NCBI GenBank assembly: GCA_028023455.1
Contig: JAQFVV010000009.1
Coordinates: 16,120,001 to 16,184,000, forward strand
From: Epiperipatus broadwayi
Taxonomy: Eukaryota > Animalia > Onychophora
Direction: 5' to 3'
DNA: 64,000 nt
Shown here: positions 1-11,800 of the stretch, piece by piece
Layout: each line of letters begins with the position of its first letter
Position numbering within the stretch: position 1 is the first letter of the stretch
The notes under the pieces: model-generated
The model's input: the letters and a program-made list of their open reading frames with translations, nothing else
Database searches by the model: none
Told to the model about the DNA's origin: nothing
Position numbers and translations under genes: made by a program

Positions 1-413
1 ATTAGCAACAAGTGAATATACACATAAATGGAAAAATATGGGTGATTTAGCCTGCAAGTAATGTAAGAAAGGCATAGAAAATAATAGGCATCTGTTAAAT
101 GAAGGTAAATGCCTACAAGCAGAAAGAGTACAAATAATGAAGTTGTGGGAGAATAAATATAAACAAAATTATTATACAGAAAGTGGGTTCTTGGTTTTTA
201 TGCTTAGTTTGGGAAAAAATAAGGGGGATTTAGATATAAAGGCCATAGAGTTGACAAAGATAATGTTGTGGAAATGAGATGAAGCAGGATAGAAAAAAAA
301 TATTAAAAAAACTTAGGTTGGGGAATGGAAGGGAAGGTGTCTAACAGGTTTCTTTGGGCATAATGGCTCAGAGATTCTTGACTCGGAGAAAGGAGGCTAT
401 AGTGCATCGCATG
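1..413 (+). mobile_element. 3' end of non-LTR retrotransposon family A (C-terminal CCHC knuckle, CATC/CATCA-type tail)
   Basis: Degenerate frame MGDLxCKxCKxGIENxRHLLxExKCL...LTKIMLWK; near-identical to 1825-2170, 23085-23500 and 45041-45410. Confidence 0.8.
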
Positions 414-419
414 TTAGTA

Positions 420-2180
420 AGATGATACAAAGCAGCATTCCCAGATAGCTGAAATAATACAAAAATAAGGCTATTATTTAAAGGAAAGGGTAAGGACTAT
501 AGACTGATAGCAGTAACCTGGGTTATATATGGTGGCTGAAAGGATGGCAAAATTGATGAAAGAAAATAATATAGTAAGAGAAATGCAAGAGGTTTAAGAA
601 GAGATAGGTATATAAGAGATAATTTATTTGTAGTCACACAACTTATACATATAAGTAGGAACACAGGTAGACAGTAATATATGGTCTTTATAGATATAGA
701 GAAGGCATATGATAGAGTAAATAGAAATAGATTATGAGTAAGTTTAGTAAATTTGAGAATGAATGGATCTTATTAAGAGATTGTATGAAAATAATTATTA
801 CACATATCAATTAGGAAATATAGAATCAGTTAGAGTTAAAAATGGGATGGGACTAAAGCAAAAATGCCCTATGACACCTATTTTATTTTTGTTATATTTA
901 AGAAAAATGGAGAGACCAATAGAAAGACTAGGAAGAGGGATAGAGATACCATTAATAGATAGCAAAGGAGTATATATATATATATATTATCAGGTCTTGC
1001 CAATGATATCTTCTTGTGCACAGAAAGTAAAGAAGATATGGAAGTTATACTGAAGATATGTGCAAGGATGGATTTAGAGATAGAGATTAAATAAAGAAAA
1101 ATCAAAAGTAATGATAATAAATGCTAGGAAAAGAAAAGAGAAAGAAATTTTTATTGGGAGATATAAAGTTAAATATGAACTAATTGGGAATCATTTTAAA
1201 TAATCAGAGAAATTGCTTGGAAGAATGAGAGAAAAAAATGATAAATGAAGCAAAGAAAAGAAAGAGACTGATAAAGAAATTAACAGTGTTTTCATATAAT
1301 AAATGGGTGTAAAATTACTTTAAAAAAAGTATAAAGAAAAGTAGAAAGTCATGCATTAGATGTAGATGTGGGAATGGCAAAGGAGGCAATAGGAGAAATG
1401 GGATGGTTAAGTTTTTATATGAGAGAGGGAAAAAGCAAAATGAAAATGTTGGACAGATTGCAATTTGCCAAAATAATATTTAATTCGGTTACAAGTAAAG
1501 GACAGGCAATAAGATGGATGAAAAAAATAGTATGATATGCAGAAGATTTGGATAAAGACTTTATGTCAGTTTACTTGTACAAAAGATGGGATGATTATGT
1601 TAGGAGGATTGTTGAGTGTTATAGTAACAAAGAATGGGAAAGAAGAATAGATGCATTAATATGGGAGTTAGAGGGATGGAGAGTAAAAAGAGTTTAAATA
1701 TAAATAGAAGTAAAGAGAATATTGGGTATGAGTTAATTTAAGATAATAGCAAGGACAATAGTTTACTGTTTATGACTCAAACAGGATCATTAGCAACAAA
1801 AGAATATACATATAAATGGAAAAATGTGGGTGATTTAGTTGTAAAGAAGGCATGGAAAATATTAGGCATCTGTTAATTAAATGTAAATGCTTACAAGTAG
1901 AAAAGTTACAAATAATGAAGTTATGGTAGAATAAATATAAACAAAGTGAGTTTTGTTTTTATGATGAGTTTGGAAAAAGGTAAGGGGGATGTAGATATAA
2001 AGGCCATAGTGTGGGCAAAGATGATGATGTGGAAATGGGATGGAGTAGGATAGAGAAGAATATGGGAAAAACTTAGGCTGTGGAATGGAAAGAGAAGGTA
2101 ACAGGTTTCTCTGGGTATAGTGGCTGAATTATTGACTTTGATAAAAGAGAAGCCATAGTGCATCACATCGCATGTGATTG
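420..2180 (+). mobile_element. 5'-truncated, degenerate LINE family A copy (RT + CCHC C-terminus; RTEX-like by inference)
   Basis: RT motifs FIDIEKAYDRVNR (~685-725) and GLKQKCPMTPILF (ORF 763..1053); many stops; same 3' end as the other copies. Confidence 0.8.
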
Positions 2181-2411
2181 TGTAAAAAAAAAAAATCTCG
2201 AAAATGTTCCATTAAGGAATAAAGACCAGGTTGATATATTAAATAAATTTTTAAAAATTTTACGTATAGTTCATTACACCAGTTCTTTTTCATTTTAAGA
2301 TCCTTGGTAAATCTGTCAAGAAGCATATAAGTTTTATTACAGATAAAGTTACCTTGAACAAATTAAAACATCACACAATCACTTTTTATTTATGTTTACA
2401 CAAACTATTAA

Positions 2412-2710
2412 AACAGTAGCAAAATGTTTCCCACAATAATGCCACTGAGTTCAAGTTGTATTAATCAATAGATGCTAGAAGATTGTGCATCATAATCTCA
2501 ACCTGGTGCTTTTCCATCAAAAAATTCAAGTGCAGTGCTGCCAGAACCAAGGGCTCTTCACTGATAACAACCATATTCTAGAGACTAATCTGGAAATATT
2601 GGATGAGAAAATACTGGATAGAGATTATGATGCACAACCAAGTAGCATCTATTGATTAATGGAGCTTATATTAGCGTGGCAATATTATGGGAACAAATTT
2701 TGCTACTGTT
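2412..2710. repeat. Foldback: ~88-bp inverted arms (2412-2499 / 2621-2710), Penelope-derived
   Basis: Arms read directly; the spacer translates DNNHILETNLEILDEKILDR, like a Penelope GIY-YIG C-terminus. Confidence 0.75.
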
Positions 2711-3288
2711 ATAAAATGAGCTTCTAAAATAACATTCATCTTTATATATATTATTAATAATATTAAACAGCAATGTAAATTTGTTAATAATTATTTGTTG
2801 AAACATTTTTGATTAGAAGATGAAATGAAATTCACAAGTTTCATGAATTTCATTGTAAAATATCAAAAATGTTTTCATTTTTATAAAAAATTGCAAAGCA
2901 AATCTTAGTAAATTTGTAAACTTTTTAATACAGCAAAACTGACATTTATCAAATCAAAGATAACAAGACAGTAATAATTCCAGCATAAATTACTGACATG
3001 TTAATATATATTATTCTGTATCAAAATTATACATGATTGTCAACTATGTTTTTATTGTAATATTTCTTCTAATAAACATTCTTTATGATGTAAACAGCTT
3101 GCCAGATCCAGATATAGGTAAAAATATCTATTCTTCTTTATACAAATCGAGTTTCAAAAAAAAAATTACAATAGTAAATTCATATGTTCACCTGCATACC
3201 AGACCCTTATATTTTCTAACAATAATTTTTAATTCACTGCTATATAAAATAAATAATCTTAAATATTTTAATTCAAATCTCAACTTAC

Positions 3289-3381
3289 ATTTTCTTAAAA
3301 TTTTATCTCGTTTATCCAAAATATTAAATCGTTCTTCTGATGTATAAGTAACTTTATTTTTCAAAACCTCCCATAACATTT
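3289..3381 (-). CDS. MCM3AP: GANP exon 5 (93 nt): MLWEVLKNKVTYTSEERFNILDKRDKILRK, just before the Sac3/GANP domain
   Basis: Acceptor tttactattaacag|AA, donor AAAT|GTAAGT. Matches human [21 protein letters not shown]. The next exon was not found, so the gene continues left of base 1. Confidence 0.9.
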
Positions 3382-4544
3382 CTGTTAATAGTAAACAAAA
3401 TGTATTAGTAATTTAATCATATAAAACAATTATAAATTAAAATTATTTTTTCTATAATTTTTCTAGTTAAAAATAAAAAACAAGAAATAAAAACAAGAAA
3501 TATATAAAATTTTATTTAAATAATAAACTGAAAACAGAATTATTCTTAATGGAGAATTGTATCAAAAAAATATTTTTAAACATGAAAATTTGATTTTCTT
3601 ATGGATAATTATTTCAGCACATAAGTTACTATAAACATTCATACAGCACCACAAACACATACCTATTGATCCATATATTAAGAAAAAGATTCCAAGACTT
3701 ATATTTTTAACCTCTTATTTAAAAACAAAGAGATAAGATTGACTGTTTGCAAAGCCAGAAAAAACTGCTATTTTTTTAAAATTCCATGGCAGCAAAAAAA
3801 TGTTAATTACTTCATTAAAAATATAAGCACATTTTATAAATTCAAAATATACACAAATATGAATTACAAAGTTTAAATTTAATTTTTAAAAAGTTTAAGC
3901 GCTTGTGCTTTCAGAGAAATCTGGAGAGTGCATTCCCAGATGCCATACACAAAGATATACAGCTCAAGTAAGGCTCCTAAGCTATTGAGAAAGTCAGAAG
4001 ACAAAATCTTGATCACAAATTCTGTTTAAAATAATTGCAAAGTAATAAAAAAAAAACACATCCTCACAAAACTAAAGCTCTGCTATCTTCCCTTCCTCAA
4101 TTCCAATAATTAAAATTCCTGTTAATGAAATCAATAATATTCATTAGTATTTTATATATGAAGATTCTCATGGCTATTTCCAAAAATTTCAATATATAAA
4201 CTACATATTAGTATATTTACAGATATAAAGAAAAGTTAGAAAATTATTTTCATTCATAATTTAATGAAACTGTTGTGTTATTGATATTCTCACATCAGGT
4301 TTTTAGTTTTTTACTTTAATCCATTATTAATACAATTGTAAATATTTATAATACAATTATAAATATTTAAAATTATTTTTGAGAATAATCATCATCATAA
4401 ATCATCTATACATTCTCAACGCCAAATAAATGTTTCTATTCTAACTAGTGGCAACATATATATTTCCCAATTTATCAAGATTTTTTTTAAAAAAAAAAAC
4501 ACTATTAGTCTCTTTCATTTTTATATCTAATACATAATATAGAG

Positions 4545-5100
4545 AAGGGATGGGAAAACTGTCGATCATGCACAGCTTGACAATTAATCGCAGACGTTTC
4601 TGTCATAAGATTTCTGTTGCCTGAATTCTGAATCTTCTTAACTTCCATTCGGTTGTGCAATAACAATTGTAAACCAAACTATACGAATCTTTGTGAAGAA
4701 ATGGAATGCCATGTTTCTTCATTGAAAAAATAATTATATTATGTTGAATTATAATAAAATAATCAATAATAATTAATAAATAATTTCATCAGGTAATTTT
4801 TCTGTTGTTTCACTAAGATTCTGGATTCATCTTATCAATAAAAATGATATATTTAATCAAAGGTAGTTTTTTTTAATTTTTTAGTTTACAGCAATTTATA
4901 CGCTGTAGGAATTCTTCCACCCAATCTTTAAAAAGCTAATTTCTGTCAACGTAGCAAAAATATTATAATAAATAATAATAATCAATAAACAAAATTTAAA
5001 TTTTATATTATTTATTTCTTTATTTATCCAAAAAGTCGCTCTCCGATAAATAATAAATATAAAAATCGATCATACTACTTTTAAGTTTGCCCACCCCTTG
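4545..5100. mobile_element. Degenerate hAT (Buster/Charlie-type) MITE
   Basis: Ends aagggatgggaaaact / agtttgcccaccccttg approximate CAGGGGTGGGCAAACT; flanks atatagag / atataaag (7/8 TSD match). Confidence 0.55.
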
Positions 5101-5399
5101 ATATAAAGTATTAAATTTAGCTAAGCATATAACTAAGGTTCCTTCATATGATTAATATCTGAAAAAATAACTGATAAAACAAGGAGACACATTTGTGGTA
5201 AACAGGAAACACCCACTTCAAATATATTCTTTAAAATGCTCCTACATTTAAGAACATGGCCAACGCCAACTTTTTTCCTTCCTAAGAATTCCTAATTTAC
5301 TTTTTTTCTCAATAACTTTATACTGTTTATTTCAATACATATTGTACTGATCAATTTTTTTTTTCCTTCAACTTTTTCAGAATTATTTACAATTATTAT

Positions 5400-5640
5400 C
5401 AATTGATTACATAATGAGATCAGAGATTCAGTTCTTTGAATCCATAATTTCTCTGAGCAGCATCATTCTAAAAAAGCTTTATTTCAACCATCTATTCATA
5501 TGTGGTCTTTTTCTAGATCTCTTAAAATCTCTAGAGATTTTGTTTAGGACTTTGGTTATTCTCTCTCTTAAAAACATGCCACCCAGCTCTATTTCAGATT
5601 CTTAATTTTCTCAATGTAATATTAGTTTATTCTCCCACCT
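5400..5640 (-). mobile_element. RTE-type LINE 3' end remnant
   Basis: Minus strand reads GGMFLRERITKVLNKISRDFKRSRKRPHMNRW, like the RTE C-terminal W.GH..R...RGRP..RW motif. Confidence 0.45.
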
Positions 5641-7856
5641 ATATATTTTACTTTCAATTCCTCTTTATTAATCCTAACACATATATCTTTTTTCTCTCTT
5701 TATAATATCCAATATTTTAAAAATAATGATATTAAAGATTTATATTCAATTATAGGATAAATTAAAAATTACAAACAGGAAATTTAAAAAAGATATTGCC
5801 AAGAGCCAGAATGGACTTGAAGATATGTATTATAGAAGAATGAAATACAATATAATGAACATTTTCCTTATAAGAATGAATAATTGCAGATTTATTTGAA
5901 GATATGACAAATATTTCCTATGCTGAAAGAAATGTTACATATAATAACTAGCTTACTTTGGAACTCATTAATAATTCTCTGGACTTAAAATCATCAAAAA
6001 ACTCACGTATTCAATTTTAATGGTCTACTGGAATAAAATCAAAAATAGCAATGATGGAGGAAACTGCATTCGCATGATGAATTGACATCATTTCAACATT
6101 TATTTGAAGATCTTCAACTGTCTTTTATAAGCATTAGTAATATATTAACATAGTTCTACCTCCAATAATAAAAAAAATCATTTCTTCTTCAATTTTAGTT
6201 TTAAGCTCTGTTTTGAGTTTGTTTTCTGGAACTTTCTGAGATCTAATTGGATATTTGTAATTCAAAAATTTTCTTGCATACTTTGTCTATCATATAGGAA
6301 TTGTGTTTGATTGTTTTTTCATTTGTTAATTACTTATTTATTGAATGATTTTAATGTATATAAACTTTTTACATATAAATATTCTGAAAAACAATTTAGT
6401 CAAAATTTGGGAATTTGTCTTCTGCTGCAATGGATGGTGAAGTTTTATAGCATGCAAATATTCTTCTGTTGTTGCAGAATTCATTTTTATAAACTTTTTC
6501 TTAATGTAAAATAAAATAACATATTGAAAATGTTTATATAATTTTAATAAAATGTGTAATTTTTAAATTTACATTAACAAAACTTTTAAATAAATATTCA
6601 TATTTCATGATGAATCCAATATTGGTAAAAAAAAAAAAAAAAGAGTTTATTCTTAATTAAAGAAATTTTTTTTTGATGGAAAACTATGTGTTTAGAAACA
6701 AATATGATTCATATGGACAAATATTTTTTGCCTGAACCAACATTTAGACAGTTTTCTATAGATAGAAATAAATAATGATCAAATGGCTGTTGTTCAAAAA
6801 ATTATGTGGCATTAGAAAATCAAAGAAACAAGTAAAGTAGAGGCAATATGATGTATATTTGAAGTATAGATGAATATACATTACTTGTAAAATTCTAGAA
6901 ACGTAATATTGAGGCACATTCGTAACATAAATGAAATATTTAACAGATGAAGTTTATTAGCATTTATGTAAAAAAAAATATCACTGATATATTTGGTATT
7001 TAAGCCTATATCAGAAATTGTTTAAAATGTAATAATTTTTAACTTAATAAAAAATAAACATTAATCAATGGAATGGTAAATTTGTGTAATCCACACCAGC
7101 AAACACAAAATAATAATGTATAGCATTTGATGACTGTGTTGGACTTGATAATAAATAAAACTTTGATAAAAATCTCACAATGATATTTCTTTTCAACATT
7201 ATTTAGTTATCATATTGCAAAATAGATCAGATAAAATTTTAATGATTCCCAATTTGCTGATATCAACATTTTCTTCTCTCTATGTATTACAGTTCACTAA
7301 TGTTAAATTATCTTTCAAGTATCCCTATACATAAAAATGTCCAAAGAACATAGTCAGATAATCCTGAAAAATATTTAAAAGCAGTTCTCTAACATATTCA
7401 GTATTCAGAAAATTCCTTGTACTTATAAGTTATGAACATAAGATGTAGATATCATTAAATCAAAAATTAATAAAAATTTCAACTTGAGTTTCATGATATA
7501 AAAATGTTGCAAAATTGCTCATATATTCATGTTGATAGTAGATATTTTAAATATATATTGCTAAGAAGACAATTCAACTTTGTAAAAAAAAAAAAAATGT
7601 TAGCAAAATATAAATGTTTAAACTGTCCACGAATTATTTTGTCACATCCACATAAATTACTAATATATTGAAGTGACTGTTTTAACCTCTTATGACTAAA
7701 TAGCATTTTCAATGCCTATCACAAGATCAACTCCTAGAACTGTGATTGCAACAATAATTTGATCTAGAATCTATATGAAAAGTGAACTTAATTCATTTCA
7801 AATAATCTATTTTAAATTTGCACATTTGAAATTGCAGCTAAATGACAGTTGTATAT

Positions 7857-8036
7857 ACACTAGGTTGGGTTGTGGAATTTTTTGCCATTGTCATGTGAGC
7901 AGCTTCTTTAAATTTTCTTCTTTGTTCAATTGGGAAAATACAAAAATATTGGATAGAGAAGAAAAGGTACAAAAAAGAAAATTTAAAAAAGCTGCTCATA
8001 TGACAATGGCAAAAATCCCATAAGCCAACCTAGTGT
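7857..8036. repeat. Foldback: ~68-bp arms (7857-7925 / 7969-8036) made from a Penelope GIY-YIG 3' end
   Basis: Arms read directly; plus strand reads FNWENTKILDREEKVQKRKFKKAAH, then SQPSV after a frameshift. Confidence 0.8.
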
Positions 8037-8149
8037 GACTATACATAATGTATGGAAACCATCAATCAATTTTGCTCTTAGGAAAAACTGGAAAAATCAG
8101 GAGGAACCTCATAGATAAATATATGAAATTACTACAGACTGTTGCCTTT

Positions 8150-8390
8150 GGCAAGATGGCTCAGTTGGTTAGAGCATTATCTTAAAATTCAATACTCAAG
8201 AATCTAAGGACCCAGGTTGGAATCCCATGCTAGTACTGTCACTGGTCAGGCCAGCAACACCTGAAGAAGAGAGGGGAGAATAATATCTCTCGAAACGTTG
8301 TGCATATACTAACCTGTTTGATGTGCTATTACTAACAGCTGAATGTATTTGGAATATTTAAATAAAGTTAAGTTTTTCTAAAGACATTCA
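8150..8390 (+). mobile_element. tRNA-derived SINE-like element carrying a hammerhead ribozyme motif
   Basis: A box/D-arm TGGCTCAGTTGGTTAGAGC (8157-8175), B box GGTTGGAATCC (8215-8225), then CTGAAGA-A-GAGAG..CTCTC-GAAACGTT. Confidence 0.7.
8258..8302 (+). ncRNA. Minimal type I hammerhead ribozyme (Penelope/retrozyme type)
   Basis: Core CUGAAGA 8261-8267, extra A, 5-bp stem II GAGAG/CTCTC, GAAA 8292-8295, palindromic stem III AACGTT, predicted cleavage after GUU (8299), 3-bp stem I CAC/GTG. Confidence 0.65.
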
Positions 8391-9039
8391 ATACACATAT
8401 TAGATAATGAAAATAGTCCAACATAAAAATACAACTAAATTGTGACATATATAGATATGTGTGTGTACTGATTAATTACTTTATATAAAAGAATATATCT
8501 ATACAAATAATATTTCTCCTGAAGGCATGCCAATCTTTTTATTGCATTTCAATTAATATAAGTAACCCAAATACGTAAGAATAATATTCAACAATTGAAT
8601 ATATACATGAAAATACTCAATCCTATTTAAAACTGTTATAATATGTATATATACATATATTAAATGACCCACTAATGTAAAACATTCTAGTCAACTAGTT
8701 GGTTTATATAACTTAAAAAAAAAAAACAACAACTAAATATCCAGTCATCATATCAATGCAAAAAAACAAACAAATACTTCATCAATGACATGTGTTTCAA
8801 CTCAACTATATTATATAGTCTGAAGGTAAAAAACTAAGGCCCAAACATTTCCACAGACATAACAAATGTTTAAATTAGAAATGTGATTAACTTAAATTTC
8901 CAAAGTGAGAAATAAATAGTTCAGCTAAATGTATATATAGATAACAAAACATGCTTATATACTAATGCATAAATCAGAGAATATATAGCATAAAATGTCA
9001 ACAGTTGAATGTACTTTTGATGCAATACATTAGATATAC

Positions 9040-9160
9040 GGCATTCAATTGAAAGTATTAAAAAAACAGTTATTAGAGAGTGTATATATATACATATATA
9101 AATCTGTACTTAATACAACTGTACATCAATACACACCCATAGAAACCACAATCACAAACA
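9040..9160 (+). mobile_element. Penelope GIY-YIG C-terminal remnant
   Basis: KKQLLESVYIYIYKSVLNT resembles the R.LLES..I....N end of PLE endonucleases. Confidence 0.4.
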
Positions 9161-9235
9161 TATTCATATATACACACAATAACAATTGTTTTGATTGGAA
9201 TGAAATATTTTTAATTAAAAAAATATATATCATAC

Positions 9236-9508
9236 TGAAATCTGATATAATTTCCTTTGAACTTGAATGACTTCGTTCAGATGATGATCGTGAGTGACTT
9301 GTTTGTCTTGCAACTGCCATTCTAGCTTTAGAAACCAGATTGGCAGCCCTCCAGTTCTTCATCTGGACTTCTTGAGAAGATTTGGATTGATTGGAACCAG
9401 ATCTCAACCTATGTCTTGGTCTTTCTAATAAGTTGATTCCCTCTTCCACCTCCCCAATTTCACCTAATTCTTTCAATTCCTTCATCAATTCTTTATTTTC
9501 TTGTATTT
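9236..9508 (-). CDS. MCM3AP: GANP exon 4 (273 nt): acidic then Ser/Arg-rich linker
   Basis: Acceptor atttattttcag|AA (phase 1), 90 open codons, donor TTCA|GTATGA (phase 1). Phases fit exons 3 and 5; the sequence itself is poorly conserved. Confidence 0.8.
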
Positions 9509-10397
9509 CTGAAAATAAATAAAAACATCCTAAAATATAGACAACTGTTTATTACTGTATTTATTTTTTAAATATTTCTTCTATGACTAACAATTATGAT
9601 TACTTATTATTATATTTCTTAAGATTATATGAATTATATATTTGCGAATGTGTATAATAGTTTTAAATATTCACTGATAGCTGTTGAAACAAAAATATTG
9701 ATTGTATTATAGCATGTGTGGCTTTCATTATCAATGGAGAAAATCTTGCATACCTACAGGTGCATTATCCATGGCTTTTCTTTTACATGCATACATATAC
9801 ATAAGCAATCAATTTTCTAATTATTTTAGTAAGTGAAAACTAGTCAATTATCTTTGAGTTAAGACAGACATTCCCACCAGCTAATGCAAGACAGTAAACT
9901 AATGGAGTAATAATATTTGGTTTAGTATCACATACTTTTTCTTTAATTCTTTTGAGAGTAATAATTTCTCAGCCATAAAATTCAATATAGATACATATGT
10001 GATCACATTCACAAATCATGAAAGCAATATTTATAATATAATGATAAATCATGAACTCAAGCTTCCTAGCCCTATGACATCTCCCTCATTAATTATGAAG
10101 ATTGCAACATATTGCAACCATAACCATCTTTTATTAGTACTGCATTCCCTCAATATTCCAAGAATGTTTATTCTCCAGCTAAGAATACCTAGATATCTAT
10201 GTAATAATAATATTTAATAGTTATATTGATTATAGTCTGGTTTCTTGAAAAAAAAAAAAAGGAGACTATTTGAAAAATCCTCAATTATTTAAACAAAATT
10301 TCAAACTCCACCCACATCTGAATTTTAGGTTAGAGGCAAAGCAAGCCAGCTAATTATTACATTAGAATCTTTTTAAACTTTTCTCGGAAAAATGCAA

Positions 10398-10677
10398 TTC
10401 AATATAAATAATACATCAACATGTATACTAAGAAAATCTTGTTTAATACTTTAAAATAAAAATGTTAAATACATCAACATAGCATCTGAGCATGCTTCCG
10501 ACTAACGGATAGTCATACTCATAGCTATAGTTATCTAAGAGGATTACGAGATAAGAATGCCTACCAGTTAGTCGAGAACATGCTCAGTCCAGTATGATGA
10601 TGAATTTAACATTTTTACTTTAAAGTATTAGACAAGCTTTTCTTAGTATACATATTGTATATACTATTTACATTGAA
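10398..10677. repeat. Foldback: ~125-bp inverted arms, each with a hammerhead-like relic (Penelope pLTR pair)
   Basis: Arms read directly; the left arm on the minus strand has GACTA-tccgt-TAGTC-GGAAGCATG and the right arm has GCCTA-ccagt-TAGTC-GAGAACATG. Confidence 0.75.
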
Positions 10678-10793
10678 ATTAATTACTACATTATAGGGTA
10701 ATTCATCAAAACAAAAAAACTAATCTAACACAGTAAAAAATAAATAAAAAGGATTGATAGTAATAGTAAAGATTACTTTAAAATTGTTAATAC

Positions 10794-10902
10794 CTTCTGA
10801 AATAAATCTCTGGGTAGGTGGTTGCTGCATCCAAAAGATGTCAATTGTGATGTTTCCTGGTTGTAAAATTTTACCATTACGCTTTGCATTTTCAGCTGCA
10901 TC
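10794..10902 (-). CDS. MCM3AP: GANP exon 3 (109 nt): DAAENAKRNGKILQPGNITIDIFWMQQPPTQRFISE
   Basis: Acceptor ttgaag|GAT (phase 0), donor GAAG|GTATTA (phase 1). Continues the RRM, cf. human [21 protein letters not shown]. Confidence 0.88.
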
Positions 10903-11559
10903 CTTCAATAATATATAACAAAAATAAATATTAAATTTCATTACATTAAACAATATTCATTAAATAAACATTTCAATGTGCCACCTTATCTTCCATTCAA
11001 AGCACTGAGTAGTCACTAACGATAAACATTACTATTATATAATATATAAAAAAAAATCTAAATTAGAAAGCATATTCTGTAAGCCTTAGTAAAATGTAAG
11101 TACATTAGATGAAAACAATTTATTAAACAATTATAATTACCTATATAAAGGTACAAAAAAAAAAAAAAAACCAGTAAAACAATATACAAAACTGATCATA
11201 ATTTTATACAATGCGAATTGGACTCAAACAGCTTCCCTCATCTTTGGAAAGTAGCAATTGTCTCTCTGTTATTAGCTTTTTCATAAATGAGTCATTTTCA
11301 GAATATTTTTTGCATATAAGTTTCATCTAAGTCATAATATTTTTAAAAAAGAATTCACTCTACTGTTATTAATTGATGACAAAAAAAAAAAAACAACACA
11401 TAATTTATAAAGATTCTTAATTTACTAAAGAAATGAAAATTCTGTTTTGTCTAACTTAGCAAAAACATTAACACCCTATAAAATCTGTTGTGGTGGAAAG
11501 CAAAAAATTATGATTGCACATAAAAGCAAATGAAAAGCTTTATGCGAAGATATATAAAT

Positions 11560-11800
11560 TACCTACAATTAAATCTTAAGCCCATGCAAAGGCCTGGAGG
11601 TTTATAAAAAATCACAATTAATATTAGTATGATCTTTATATAAGTCATTGGATCTATTTCACACTTTTAGAGAAAATCTCCTAGGTTCTTGAGTTTTCCT
11701 GGTAAATAAATGAATGATTTCCCAAAGCTGTAGATAATCTGGTTTCTCAATGATGCATTAATGTTCTTATTGAGGCAAGAAGCAAAAACACTTGTTTAAT
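11560..11800 (+). mobile_element. Tc1-family transposase C-terminal remnant
   Basis: AVDNLVS..CINVLIEARSKNT resembles the Tc1 IDNL..SM..R..AVI.A.G..T.Y end. Confidence 0.4.

Noticed and set aside
3033-3347. 104-aa plus-strand ORF
   Set aside because: It is an AT-rich shadow antisense to GANP exon 5 and its intron; no recognisable protein.
6159-6276. Candidate extra GANP exon (TKYARKFLNYKYPIRSQKVPENK...) with AG/GT ends
   Set aside because: It is open only in phase 0, whereas exon 4 ends in phase 1; exons 4 and 5 already join in frame.
8150-8235. Functional tRNA gene
   Set aside because: The D-arm and B box are present, but there is no convincing anticodon arm, the T-stem is broken and no 3' strand pairs with GGCAAGA; treated as a SINE head.
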